Shown: in pieces, positions 51,290-63,877 of the stretch | Layout: each line of letters opens with the position of its first letter | Position numbering within the stretch: position 1 is the first letter of the stretch | From: Vicugna vicugna | Taxonomy: Eukaryota | Reading direction: 5' to 3' | Length of the DNA stretch: 64,000 nucleotides | NCBI GenBank assembly: GCA_013265495.1 | Contig: MU057809.1 | Span: 1,997,041-2,061,040, forward strand | The notes under the pieces: model-generated | Told to the model about the DNA's origin: nothing | Seen by the model: only the letters and a program-made list of their open reading frames with translations | Databases searched by the model: none | Made by a program: the position numbers and the translations under genes

Positions 51290-51800
51290 CAGCAGTTCAG
51301 CAGCGTGCCAAACGGAGTGGTGGCGACAACCAGCTTCAGGCCACCGTGCCATCGCAGATCGGGGGCGGGGTGGGGGGCGGGGCAGATGAACGTGGAGCTG
51401 ATTCTCGAAAGACGGGGGTGTAGGCTTCCTCACCGCTGTTCACTTCAAGAGCTCCCATCCTTCACTCCGCATCCTTCGAGCGTAATTTGAAGACTACTTA
51501 TTTGCGTATTTTTCCCACTCGGTTGCAGGTTTCTCAAGGACAAGGGGCCGTTTTTGAATCCTGTGTGCCTAGCGCGTAGTTCACGGTGCTGCATGATTAC
51601 TGAATGAGTGAGTCAGAACCAGCTGGCGGCCGCTCCCGCGGTGCCGGGTGCCCGGGGGCCCCTCTGGCTGGCTCCGCACTGCACGAGCCCACGCCAGGGC
51701 GGCTGCTGGCGGAAGCGGCTAAGGAGCGGGGCGGGCCTGGGAACTCTGGCCTCTGCTCTGTTCCCCGGGGCGGGGCCGGTGCAAGTAGCAGGAGGATCGC
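51290..51800. promoter_or_regulatory. CpG-rich patch with several GC boxes and a G-quadruplex motif (function unknown)
   Basis: ggggcgggg occurs twice in 51361-51382. Further ggggcggg near 51728 and 51767. Dense CpG in 51620-51800. Confidence 0.3.
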
Positions 51801-52061
51801 AGGAGTATTTGGAAAGTTGAAAAGTGACGAGAAAAAGTAAATCTGTACCTAATGCGTACTTTTTATTTTGTCTCTGTTTCCCTCTTTTGAATTATTCTAC
51901 ACTGAGTGTATTAGAATAAGGAAAACCTGAATTAGTAGAATCTGGTTATTTATAAGGACTTTCATAACCTGTAGTGTTCTTGCCTTCACGTGTTTTATTG
52001 CTGTGAAATTGCTAAACATGATCAGACGAACAATTTAACGTTTTATCCTCATGATGTAGAG

Positions 52062-52246
52062 CGCCGCTTCTCCAACTTGAGCGCGTCCAGGTCGCCTGGA
52101 GGGCTTGCTGACACCCCAGACTGGGGAGCCCTCCTTCCGGAATTCGTTGCAGTGGGTCAGGGGTGGGGCCTGAGCATCTGCGTCTGTAGCCAGTTCCCAG
52201 CAGGCGGTGAGACCGCAGCTCTGGGGACACACACTGACCAGCAGTG
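52062..52246. mobile_element. MER5A (hAT-Charlie) DNA transposon
   Basis: ttctccaacttgagcg...cctggagggcttg...ggggtggggcctgag...agttccc...ggggacacacactga is colinear with the MER5A consensus as I recall it. Confidence 0.85.
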
Positions 52247-52937
52247 ACGGCGAGGAAAGGGCTCTGAAAATGGAGAAAAAAATACACATGCTTCAGTCTC
52301 TGTGATGCTACTTAAGAAATGTTTGAGTTTGTGTAAGTTGCTCAACTCCTCTCGTTCTCTGTTTCCTTCTTGTAGAAAATGAAGGTCATAAGTGACTTCA
52401 CAAAGAATCAGAAGAGATGTTGTAACACAGCCATTTTTTAAAAAAGTAATGCTCTATAAAAACACCACCTTACAATATCCTATATGTTATGAACCGTGAA
52501 CACTTGTTCTGCAGTGAAAGGTGTACAGGGCCCACTGTGGACTGGAGTGGAGGGCAGGACACAGAGGAGAGAACAGCAAAAGGGCGGCGTGTCCGACGCC
52601 CAGTGCGCGCGGTGAGTGTTAAGAATTCAGAGAAGGAAAGGTCTCCATCGCCTTCGCACAAATGTCACTGTGTAAAGACCGTCATTTCATGAGAAGACGC
52701 TAGTCATGTTTTGCTGTAGAAACGTCGTCTTGCAGAGGTGGTGTCCTGAGACTTAGACATCCGGGGTGTTAGTGCGTTCTGACTGAAGTTTATCCTTCGT
52801 GGACTCAGTCTCAGGTTACCTGTTTCTTAGGGTTTGGTGAAATGAAGAGTATAACATGATTCATTTTGCCAGCATTTAAAACTCGTCGTTTCAATAAGAT
52901 CATCGTAAACATAAATATCAGAAAGATATATAAAGTC

Positions 52938-53278
52938 ATTTCCTTAGCCCGTTCCGGCTGCTGTAACAAAATGCCACAGACTGGGCGGCTTACACAGAGC
53001 AGACATTCATCTCTCACGGTTCTGGAGGCTGGTCGATCCCAGGGCGCCGGCAGACCCGGGGTCTGGTGAGGGGCCGGTGCTGGTGCCCAGGGAGCCATCC
53101 TTTCGCTGCGCCCTCACGTGGTGGAAGGGGCAGGGGTTCTCTGCCATCGTCTTTGTCCGGGCGCTAAGCCTCTGCCCGTGTGCCCTGGTAACTCCTAGAG
53201 CCCCCCCCCCAGCACTGTCACCCTCGGGGTTAGGTGTCAACATGGGCTTTGGGGGGTACACACATTTAGTCTGCCCCA
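52938..53278 (-). mobile_element. MLT1A-like MaLR solo LTR
   Basis: ggctgctgtaacaaaatgccacagactgggcggctta...tctcacggttctggaggctgg...gtctggtgaggg...ggttaggtgtcaacat. Confidence 0.88.
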
Positions 53279-56200
53279 GTCTCCCCGAATGAGCTGGGGG
53301 AGGAAAAGCCCTGAAAAGCTCAACTTAAAAAAACGTAGCTCATACGGAGCTGACCAGCCCTCGCGTTTTTCTTTATGCTGTGTGATCGTGTCCAGCCTTA
53401 GAGTTTTTGATATTTTTATTATGGTTTAACCTGAATTTTGAAAGTTGTACTTAATAATAGGTTTAGGAGTTAATATTGAATGCAAAATACTAGTATACTT
53501 ATTCCAAGTGATTTAATAGCCCAGTACTTAAGATTAGATAAAGTGATCGTTTATCAGTAATAATTATTATTGATAATTGATTTGAAGAGAAAATATGGAT
53601 TAATTTTATAGGTCAGAGCTATATTTTTATCTAGTAAATAAAATTTATCTTTGACAATAAAATTGAGATTTTTAAGCTTATCCTGGCAAAGGCTCTTCCT
53701 GAGTGGCAGGGGGAGCTGTGGACAGCGGAGCGGAGCTGCGCATGCACGTCGTAGCTGCCGTTGTGACTAGCACGTGCTCACATAAGAGCTTCACTGCAGT
53801 TGTAATAGGTTTTATTCTGTATGTTTCCAACCAGTGAATACAGGGCAGTTACTACCACGTGGGTTTTGTTCAGATTCTTGGCATTAAGAAGGGGATCCTC
53901 GTACTTGACAAAGATAGACAAGCCCTGGCCCAGCCCACGATATCATGCTCACCCTTCGCCTTGACTGCATCTTTAGATCACCTTGTAACGTTTGCTTCCT
54001 ACACATTTCTCACCCTTTTGTCTAGAACCATAGCTTCTCTAGAGGATGCGAGGATGGAAAGCCAAGAATATTGATTAGCTCAAGACATGAGGCTACCTCC
54101 ACACTCTCTTAAGTCTCAAATACACCTCAGCCTTAGAAGACGGCTTCTGTTTCCCTGATTTCCTCTCTGTCCAGCCACCTCCTTCTCAGCACCTCCTCTG
54201 ATCATGTCAACCCACATGCTCTTGTTGAAGGATGTATTATAAAGATAACCAGTTTCTCCCACCACCCTCTTTCCTTTTATTCTTTTAAAGACAACGGTTG
54301 TTATTTCTAAAGTACCAGCGGAATAATAGGTCTAAGAATTTCCCCCCAATTCTTGCAGCATTTTACTTAGACGTCCAAGTTTATATGCAGATATGATACA
54401 TGACAAAGCTAGCACAAATCAGTCTGGAGAAGATGGTTTATTTAATACATGTCGTTGATGTAACTGACCATACCTTCAGAAGAAGGTAATTTTAGGCATC
54501 TTTCTCCCTGTACGTGCACAGATTAATTTCGGATGCATTATTATTCTAAACATTCCAAATATGGAAGCTGCAGAGGCAGGATCTGAATCCAGGTCTGTCT
54601 CACGCTATACGCAGCATCTTCAGTGCTGATGGAGGTTGTCCTGTCACAGTCCCTGAGGGCGAGACCGGGGAGAGAAATGTTTTCTGTTGCTCATAATTTG
54701 GTTGTTCCCATTTTGTTTTATTTTTTATCCTTATAAATAGTATTTATAAATGATGTCTAAATTGACAAGTGGACATCCATGATTATTTTCTTAGAGCAAA
54801 TCCCTGGAAGTGAAGTAGCTGAGTCAAAGGATACTCACAGCTTTGAAGGTCTTTGAAATGAATTTCCAAATTGCCCTTCAGAAAGGCCATGCCAGCTTAA
54901 TGATTTGGCTCGTGTTATATTCAATATCTTACTATTTTTCTGTTCATAGACCATGATTTGTTATAGAGAAGTGCTGGACCCTCATCTTCTCTTTACACTG
55001 GCAAGTTTCTAATTGACACAGAGCTTCTTGTGAAGTCTGGAGTGAATATTCTCTTAGCCTTTTTATCATCTGTTGCAGAGTTACATATCAATGTGGTCAT
55101 GAAGAAAATATCACTTCTTTGACCCCAAATATCCCCTTCTCTGGCATTAATCAGAGACTTCTGTTATGGTGTAGTCTCACAGAGCAGCAGCAGTGGCGTT
55201 TACTTTCCACAGTATCGGTAGATCAGCTGTGTGGAGGCCAGGGCCCCTCCTCCTTTCCGCTATCAGTGAGTTACACCCCTTGGTGGAGCTCACGGCTACA
55301 TGGTTTCTGTCACTCTCCATCATCTAGTCCATGGAAGTGCAGTATATTCCCAAACTTTATAAAAAACATGTTCTGTACTAAGTCTTACTCTTATGTTTGG
55401 TTATCTTTCATGCATAAAGTTCTTTTTGATGGAATCTAGAATTTACTGAATTAATTCTGAAGGCCATGAAATGTAATTTCTGTGAGTCCTACTCTTCCTG
55501 TGAGGATGCATTCTCTTTGTGGAAGCCGCTGCTGGGTTGATACAGTATTATTTATTTTTCTTCCACGTACTTTTTGTACCTCTGTCTATAACCAACGAGG
55601 GAGTTGAAATAATGACATCTCACCAATTACTTGACTCTCACCAATTACCTAAGAATTGTGTGTTGCCATTTTACTTCAAATTTTTTAATTTTAAGTAAAA
55701 TATTGGGCTGAATATTATCCCTTCTGCCTAAGGACAATGAATTTCTTTTCAGAGCAGGGCGTTTTAATGTCTTACAGGACTCAGTGTGAAATAGGATGGA
55801 GATGCACCGTCAGTCACAGTGCACACCGGACTGAACTCAGGGCGTCTGCATCCTCTGCTCAGAGTTACCTGGTCTCCATGCACTGGGGGGTTTTGGTTTT
55901 GACTTGACTTGTTAGCACACACTTAGACTGTCGTACTACAAATAAGTGAGAATTATAGGACTTACTTACATTAGCCCTAAACAGTAACACTGTCATCTTT
56001 CTGTAAATGGCTTTATTAATGCATGTGAAGGTACTGCTTTTTACTCCTGTCCTGTTTACTGCAAACCAATTAATATGTGAACAGAGTTCTGAGTCATGAC
56101 TCATTTTTCTTGGCATAGACCAATTCTTTCCTCAAGCCAAATTTAGCCAGAAAGGGAAAGCATCCTATTTCGGTGCATGCAGCAGTGAATTAAAGCAGTA

Positions 56201-57344
56201 CCTCTTCACTTACAGTCTCTTTAGATCTACCTGGAGACATTACATACCACACACATGACGTATTGTTAGCCATCAGCACAGCTGTCACAGCCATCACGGC
56301 ATCTGTAAGGTCAATGTGAGTTTTCAGCTTTACATGTAAGTGTGTATACATACACATTCATACCTGTATTATCACAATGTAAAATTTTATGTATTTTTGT
56401 ACATCTCAACATATATGTGTATCTCAATATATCTGTATATATATATTGAGATGATGCAGATAACAAATGATTCATTAAAGAGTTTGCAGATTTTACGTTT
56501 CTTGCGCTGTTTAAATAAACCTACAATCTTTCAGTGCCTGGAACTTTTTTAACCTTTATGTTTTAGTAATGTGCGTTTTCTTCCCTATTCTAATATAGTC
56601 TTCAGGTTAATGACTATACTAAAAATCAATGTATTATGGCAAAGTGAAAATTATGGGTGTGGCCCACATTATGAAGGATGGGGTCAGCATCGTCCTAATG
56701 ACCACTTGGGTAAAGCTTTTATCTCACGGCCCCTCTGCCTTTACAACCTCTCCTTGGTTATCACTGGATGCATTTTGTTATTCCCTCTCTGATTTTGTTG
56801 GAATAGTATTATTTGAAATACTTCTTTGCCCGTCTGTCATGTGTTAGTTTGGTTTTTCTCCTTCCTTAACACTTGATGGATGACGACTAAGAGCGAACCT
56901 TTGGAACGTGCAGGAATTCTCTTGTGCTGATCATGTCCATTTGACATGTGCTTTCTGAAACTCTCTTGTGGTCATTAAAATGTGAAGTAAAATTTGAAGT
57001 GCTTTGTGTGATATTAATATTGTTACTACAACAAGTAATGGTTTAAGAAAATGTTTCTGGCAGGAACTCTCATGTTGCCTTCTATTTTCATGTTTTGATA
57101 TTTATAGGAAATGTTTTTCTCTATTAAAGATAAGCTGTTTATAATTTTTTTGCAATACTGCTCTGGAGCCTTGTTGAAATGCACATACTAGCTTATTTTA
57201 AACCTTCCTCTATCATTCGTGATTGTTAAAAGTGAAAAGGTTAAAATAAATTGTGTAAGTGTTGGGTGGACTCAACCAGCTTTTAATACTTTTGTTAGCA
57301 GGGTAGCAAAAAGAATAGCCTGTTTAAGGACCTCGCCTACTTTT

Positions 57345-57378
57345 TTTTTAATTGAAGTATAGTCAGTTACTGGTGTAC
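57345..57378 (-). mobile_element. Extremely truncated L1 3' tail insertion (34 bp) with 18-bp TSD
   Basis: TSD aggacctcgcctactttt (57327-57344) and aggtcctcacctactttt (57379-57396). Insert tttttaattgaagtatagtcagttactggtgtac. Target reads TTTT/AA. Confidence 0.8.
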
Positions 57379-58971
57379 AGGTCCTCACCTACTTTTAAAT
57401 CATGCAAACTAAATTTTCTTTTTTGTTTATAGATCCTTTCCTTTTCATTCATTTATATTTTATTTATTGTAACAATTGTTTGCCAGGAGTAGATGTTTTC
57501 AGGAGTTACATCGCAGCCAAAAAGAAAGTGCACATCTGTGTTTATAATGCAATATTTATTAATATAGGTCATATTACTTTAATGTATCAGTACCTGACAG
57601 GTATGTGAATTATTTAAAATAAGCATCTGTGTATTATTTTATGGTATTTGAAATAAAATAAATGTTTAATGTTGATATGTAATACTATCTGCCAAGTTTA
57701 CCCTGGTAAGAGTTTTCAGATCCAAATGGGGAATCAGCTGTAGTGTTTCTGACTCGTGTTATATATAGGTCAGGCAAGCCTGGAGTTGGACTCAACCTTC
57801 AATGACGTTTCCCTGCTTTACGATGGGTTAATTATGTATGCATTAATACACGATTATGTTAATAATTTTTGAGTCAGTTAAACTTCAAGCTCACTTGCAT
57901 GCCTCCCCAGTCTCTCTTTTTTTTTTTTCTCCTGGAATTAAAGCTATCCAAAAAAACCCCTCAGAAACATCAATTTAGCTGACCTCACTTCCCCCTGAAT
58001 TTAGTTGTTTTATATAACAGACAACCTTAAAAGAAGATTTTTCTTAAGGGAATTATTTAGACCTAGAAATTGTGACTTATGTTATCAATCTTTAAAAAAA
58101 CTCTTAATTGAGAAAATTAAGTACTGGTTTCATCGAGGTTTCAGTGTGATGCGACTCCTAAATGTAGCATCTTACCCTTTCGGATCCTCCTGGTCCTGGA
58201 AGCTGAGGTCCCAGGCCCTCACAGGTGTTTGTTGAAGGGATGGTCACTGAGCAAGTCTGCCGCCCCCCGTCGGCCAGGCTGCTGCCTTCCTCTTCTCCCT
58301 CGCATCCAGGCTGACACAGTCTGAAAGGAAGACAGAATTTGCTAATATGTCAGTTTTGTGATACACCTTTTTTCTTTGAAAGTAATTATTTTCGTTTCAT
58401 TCCCTGGGTCACATTTTAGAGAGCTCCTTTCTGGTCCGTTGATTCCGAGCCGTGTTTCTGAGCTGGGCTGACCACAGAGCAGGACCCCACCTCCCACGTG
58501 GCTGTGCCTCACTGGTCTCAGCAGTCGTGCAGGTTGCTAATTAAGTCATTGCAGGGGTTGAGGGAAGTGAAAGACTTTGAAATAATCATCACATTCTCAG
58601 AACAAAGCAGCAGCGGTTAAATGTGCTTGAATAATTTTATTCTGATGTCTTACAAACCCAGAAATGGAAGGTAAGTTTGGATCTTACTGTTGCATTCATC
58701 ATCTTCCTCATTTATCTGAAGATGGTGAAGACGGTATCTAAAATAAGAATTAATAAGGGATAAAATAAAGATTTAGTTTATACTTATTTTAAAAAATTAT
58801 CATCAAACTAAAACCTGTTAATTATAGAACATTTGGAAAATACAGAGAAATATAGAAGAAGGAAATTTAAAGGTACCCATGACCCTACCATCTAGAGGTA
58901 TAATTATTTAATGGATTTCCTCTGGCCTTTTCTATTCATATTTTTTCACAATATTATTGCTTTATATTTTG

Positions 58972-59130
58972 TAACAGTAGCTGACATTTTCTGAGTGCTT
59001 ATTTCATAGAAGGCAGTGAATTGAGAACTTTATTTGTGGAATGTATTTAATGTTCACTACAATCTATGAGACAGTATTTTTCTAGTGATGAATTGGAGAC
59101 TTAGAGAGATTTTACTCAATGTCATAATTA
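58972..59130 (-). mobile_element. MIR SINE, left half (continues at about 61112-61170)
   Basis: aacagtagctgacattttctgagtgctta...gatgaattggagacttagagag, with continuation gaaccctgacaatgtgattccagaacctgtg after the L1. Confidence 0.7.
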
Positions 59131-59139
59131 GAAACTCAA

Positions 59140-61110
59140 GACTCCCAGTCTTTCCAAAATGGCATGGATATGGTTCTCCCTTCCCCTCCCCGCTAAATAC
59201 CACTATAAGCCTTAGAAATAGTGCAAAAGGCTTAAAAGGAGGACTCTGAAAGGTGGTGAGAAGCAGGCTGGTTGGGTCTCTGGACTGGAGGAACCATATG
59301 ATGGTAGGTATATTGCATTCCCCAGCCAACTCAAGAACCAGCGAGACCTGCGTTTTCTGATCCCTTAAACTAGCAACAGAGGCAGCTCAGGTAGGCGTCT
59401 TCCTTTCCCAGATCAAACAGGAGCAAGCCTGATACCACCGGCAGGGGGATCAGTAGGAGCCCCTCCAGGAGTCATCGGTCAGTCTCCTTCCTGTCAGGCC
59501 TGAGACAGTCCCTGTCACTGAGAGACACCTGGGCACTTAGCAGCTCCTGTAACAGGAGTCCTGCCACAACAAATGTCCCAACCAAGTAGCTGCTTTGTCC
59601 TCGTGGACCTAAGATTACCCTTCCCTGCTCAGAGACACGGGGCAGCCGGGACACAGGTGAGGGGGTCCTGTCACAGCGAGACGTGGTCTTGGGCTGCTGC
59701 TTCCAGCTGCAGGCCAAAGCGCTCTCCTTCTCCCACTGAGAGACACCAGGCGGCCGGGCCTGGGGAAGCCCCTTCCGTCCTCTCATGAGGCACCAATGGG
59801 AGCCTGTTGGCACAGATAATGAAGCAGACCAAAGAACACCGCAGAGGCCCTGAAAATTAGACTGTCATTGGAACCACAGCCCACAAACCTAGATGGGGTG
59901 ACTGCCTAGAGAGAAAATCAGCAAGGACGTGGAAGGGCTGGACAGCACAATTGGCCAGTGGCCTGATGGCATTTCTAGAACATTTCACCCACAGTGGCAG
60001 ACCACAGATTTCTCAAGAGATGGAGCATTTTCCAAAATGGAGCATATCCTAGGCCTTAGATCAGACCTCAGCACATTTAAAACAATTGAACTCATGAAGA
60101 ATGTGTTCTCTGACCACAGTAAAGTTAAGACAAGGAATCTGTAGCAGAAAGACAACAGGTGGACCTCCAGACAGGTGAAAATGAGACAACATACTTCCAA
60201 GCAATACATGGGTCAAAGAGATCTTAAAGGAAATAAAAATATTAGAACTGGATGGGAATGAAAACACAGCTTATCAAAATATGTGGGATGCAGGTAATGC
60301 AGTTTTGAGAGGGAAATGTATAGCACTGAAATTGTACATCAAAAATGAGGACTGGTCTCAAAAATAATCTAAGTTCCTACCTCAAGAAATTAGAAAGAGA
60401 GAGAGAAAAAATAACCCAAAGCAAGCAAAAGGAAGGAAATAATGGAGAGCAGAGGTCAATGAAATTGAAAATAGAACAGCAGTGAAGCAAAAAGCTGGTT
60501 CTTTATTTAAAAAAAATCAACAAAATTGGTTAACGTTTAGCAACACTGAGTAAGAAAAAAAGGGAGAAGACACAAACCACTCATATCAAGAATGAAACAA
60601 AGGGTAACACTACAGATCCAGACGCCATTAAAAGTACAGTAAAGGACAGCTTTATGCTCATACATTCGCCAACTAAGAAGAAAGAGATCAATTTGTCAAA
60701 AACTATAAACTACCAAAACTCAGTCAAGAAGAAACAGATAATTTGAAGAGTTTTATAACAATTAAGGACATTGATAGAGGATAGTGGCTGTGGTTACAAA
60801 AGGGAAACACCAGGAATCCTTGCGGTAATGGAAATGTTCTGTATTGGCTGTGGTGATGGACGCATAAGCCTACACGTGTGCTGAAGTTGTAGAATTAGAC
60901 ACCCAGACACACGAGCACAAGTTTTAACGGGACATCTGAGTAAGAGCCACTGGATTATGTCCATATCAAATCCTGACCCCAGTATCCTATAGTTTGGCAA
61001 GATATGGCTGTTGCAGAAAACCTGAGTAAAGGGTACTCAGAATATCTATAATTTCTTACAACTGTGTGTGAATCTATAAGTATCTCAATAAAATTTTCAA
61101 TTAAAAATTT
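59140..61110 (+). mobile_element. L1MD-like element with large internal deletions (5' UTR, ORF2 endonuclease piece, 3' UTR)
   Basis: 5' UTR motif actgtcattggaaccacagcccacaaa. ORF 59929-60144 has SRTFHP...GAFSKMEHILG...FSDHS, matching the ORF2 endonuclease. 3' end tttcttacaactgtgtgtgaatctataagtatctcaataaa. Confidence 0.88.
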
Positions 61111-63125
61111 TAAGAACTTGTTACTTTGAGCTGAACCCTGACAATGTGATTCCAGAACCTGTGTCCCAGCGATCTGCTCTTCCTCATGATTCTGAGACAC
61201 TGCATTGCTGGTAGTTTTACTCAGTCACATGGGATTCATGCTGTGTGTAAATTTAAAAGCGTGTGTGTACGTATGCCCGTATATCTTGTTTACCAGCAAT
61301 GATCAATTTTAGGTAATATAGTTTTTTTTTTTCCTGTTTCTGTCACATGGTTTGAAAGTCTCATTTAGTCCCAGCGACTCTTTAGGTTCCAAATGGCATA
61401 AACCTGACGTGACCTGTCAGGTGGAACCAATTGAAGTTGCCAGTGGCCAATGGATGAGACCATTTTTGATTTACAGAACTGGGGATTTCATATAGCTCAA
61501 AGAAATTACTGGAGCACAAAGGATTTCTTGGAAGGATCTTGGCGTAGGTAATAGGGTCAAAAGAACTGTGGGGGTCTCCAAGGCTGGAACCTGGGACACA
61601 GTCCCCTTACGCATTTCTTATCTTTTCTTCTTAAACTTTGGGTTCTGCTGCAGCTGAGCATTCTCCGTACCACCTGCGGTGGGATCATGGCAGCCTCCAG
61701 GGTCTCATCCTGGCAGTCCTTCAGTCCGGAGGAAAAGGGACCTTCCTCTTGGACGACTTGTTTGAAAGGATCCCAGGGAAGGATGAGGTTAGCCTGGTTT
61801 GGGTCACATTCCCAAACCTTTCCCAGTCAGTGGGGTGGGGGCAGTGACGGGCACAGCCCAGCAGTGTGGACAGAGGCACAGAGCGTTGCTGTTGGTGAGG
61901 GGACCCAGACTCAGCTGTTAGAGTGACCACTGGGAGCCAGGGCCTGCTGCAGGCCATGGCGGTGGTTATCAGAGCAAGATAGCTAAATGATAGTTAAATT
62001 GTGAATTTGGAAACAATTTAAAAATACGCTTAGTTGTTACAGCTTTTGAGTTCAGTAGATTTTTTTCCCTTCTGTTAACAACAAACCAATCTATATTAGG
62101 AGCAGTTGAAAATATTTTTAAAATAATATTTAAACAATGAATAATATTTGTACACTTCTCATATGCATTTTATTAGGCAGATACGCATTCCACTATAAAT
62201 TCATATAATCAGTTTTTCCTACTGTAGTTGAGGTCACATATCTAAGACTGTTTGAAAGCAGGCTTCTGATTAATGAGTGTTAGAACAATGGCTGAATGTT
62301 TTAAAGTTTTCTGTTATACACAGGATGCATTCTTTTGAAAATGCAAGAGTGAAAACAGAAAGCATGCCCTCTCCGGCTGAAGGTTCTCTCTGAAGCTTTG
62401 AGTCTGTAACACAGATGCTGGAAGGAACTATGATAGATGTGTAGTTATTTTTATTAGTATTGCAAAAGTCAGACGTGTACTTGGAAACAGACTCCCAAAC
62501 GGTACAGAATAATGACTCTTGCAAGGATTTGATAATTGAGTAATTTATTGTTATTACACAGTCCGACTTGTTAGCTCATCAGCACTGGAAGCTTCGGTTT
62601 GAACAATGCAGTCGTCTCCTTTGTAGCATGGTAGTGGACGGTCTTGTCCACTCCGTTACCAGCACGGCTTCCATGAAGACCACTGTGAACCCTGGAAGAA
62701 TATTTTCCATTTCCTGGAAACATTTTCTCTGCCAATGAATTTTTGTGTTTCTTTTGCCAGGAAACAAAAAGATGCACACTTTAAGTTTTTCTTTAGTGCC
62801 AGGACACGTTGGGGACCAATTTCGTGCCCAGATGTAGTAATTGGAGTCCTCCAATGTTAGCCATTCATTTGTACTCTTCCCTGATCCACTCCTGAGCGTC
62901 TTGTGATAGCTTTTTCTTATCTGTCTGAAGCCCTGCTGTAAAAGCAGTGTCGTGTAAATTCACCTGCGTATCTGTTTACAATTTCTAAACTATTTAACAA
63001 TCGTAAATATTTGAACCTCCAAAGTAACCCTGCAAAGTTTAAATAGAGATGACACTGTGTTTTTTTACCCTTTAAAATCTCACCTAAACAAAAACAAGCA
63101 CAGACAAACTTAAGTATCATCAACA

Positions 63126-63232
63126 TAGATTGTAGACTTCACTAGGGCGGGGACTCTTGCTTTGTTCAGGCCGTATCCTAGGTCCCAGGGTGGTGCTCGA
63201 CACTCAATAAATGTTTCAGGAAGACTGAGGCT
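63126..63232 (+). mobile_element. L2 3' end fragment
   Basis: tagattgtagacttcactagggcgggactc...cactcaataaatgttt. Confidence 0.7.
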
Positions 63233-63877
63233 GAATAGACTTAGAAAGTACCGAGCTCCTCAGAACTTGGAAGAACACAGAGAAGAGCTGCCTTGGCAGA
63301 AGAGAGAGGCACAGCCCCCGGAGAGCAGCGCGCAGCTCAAAGCCACCCGCCACAAGCTCGCTCCTTTGAAGCCTGGTGTTTTATCTTAAAAGCTCATACA
63401 CACTTTAAATCCTACTTCATATTAGGAATGTTTGTTTTAGCACAAAAATTATTTTAAATGTTATTTACCATAAAATAATATCATCCTTCTGAAAAATGCT
63501 CTGTGTGTCTCCTGAGCACCCCTGACAAGCCCGTCTCTGGGGTACTTGTCTTGCTGCTGAGATACACAGATGTCCGGTTAATTACATTCTGTGTAAGCAC
63601 CACCTGTGTGCTGATGACACTCGGATGTATGTCTTCTGGCTCTCCCCCTCAGTTCATCATCTTAGTTATCAGCAACTCTGTCCATCCAGCTGGCTGGCAG
63701 AAAGGTTGTCAACTCATTCGTGGCTTGTTTCTTTCTCCTACAGTTTGCATCCATTCCATCAGAGATCACTGCTGGCTCTGCCCTGAGAACACGTTCTGAA
63801 TCAGAGCACTCTGAACCACCCCGGCTACTACCACCAGACTGGCACCGTCATCTCTTAAATTAATCAAACAAGGAGTC

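Noticed and set aside
50950..51423. 157-aa + strand ORF
   Set aside because: Begins inside an MLT1 LTR and runs through G-rich low-complexity sequence.
62540..62777. Minus-strand ORF followed by AATAAA, as a possible terminal exon
   Set aside because: The acceptor has no pyrimidine tract and the peptide is unrecognised.
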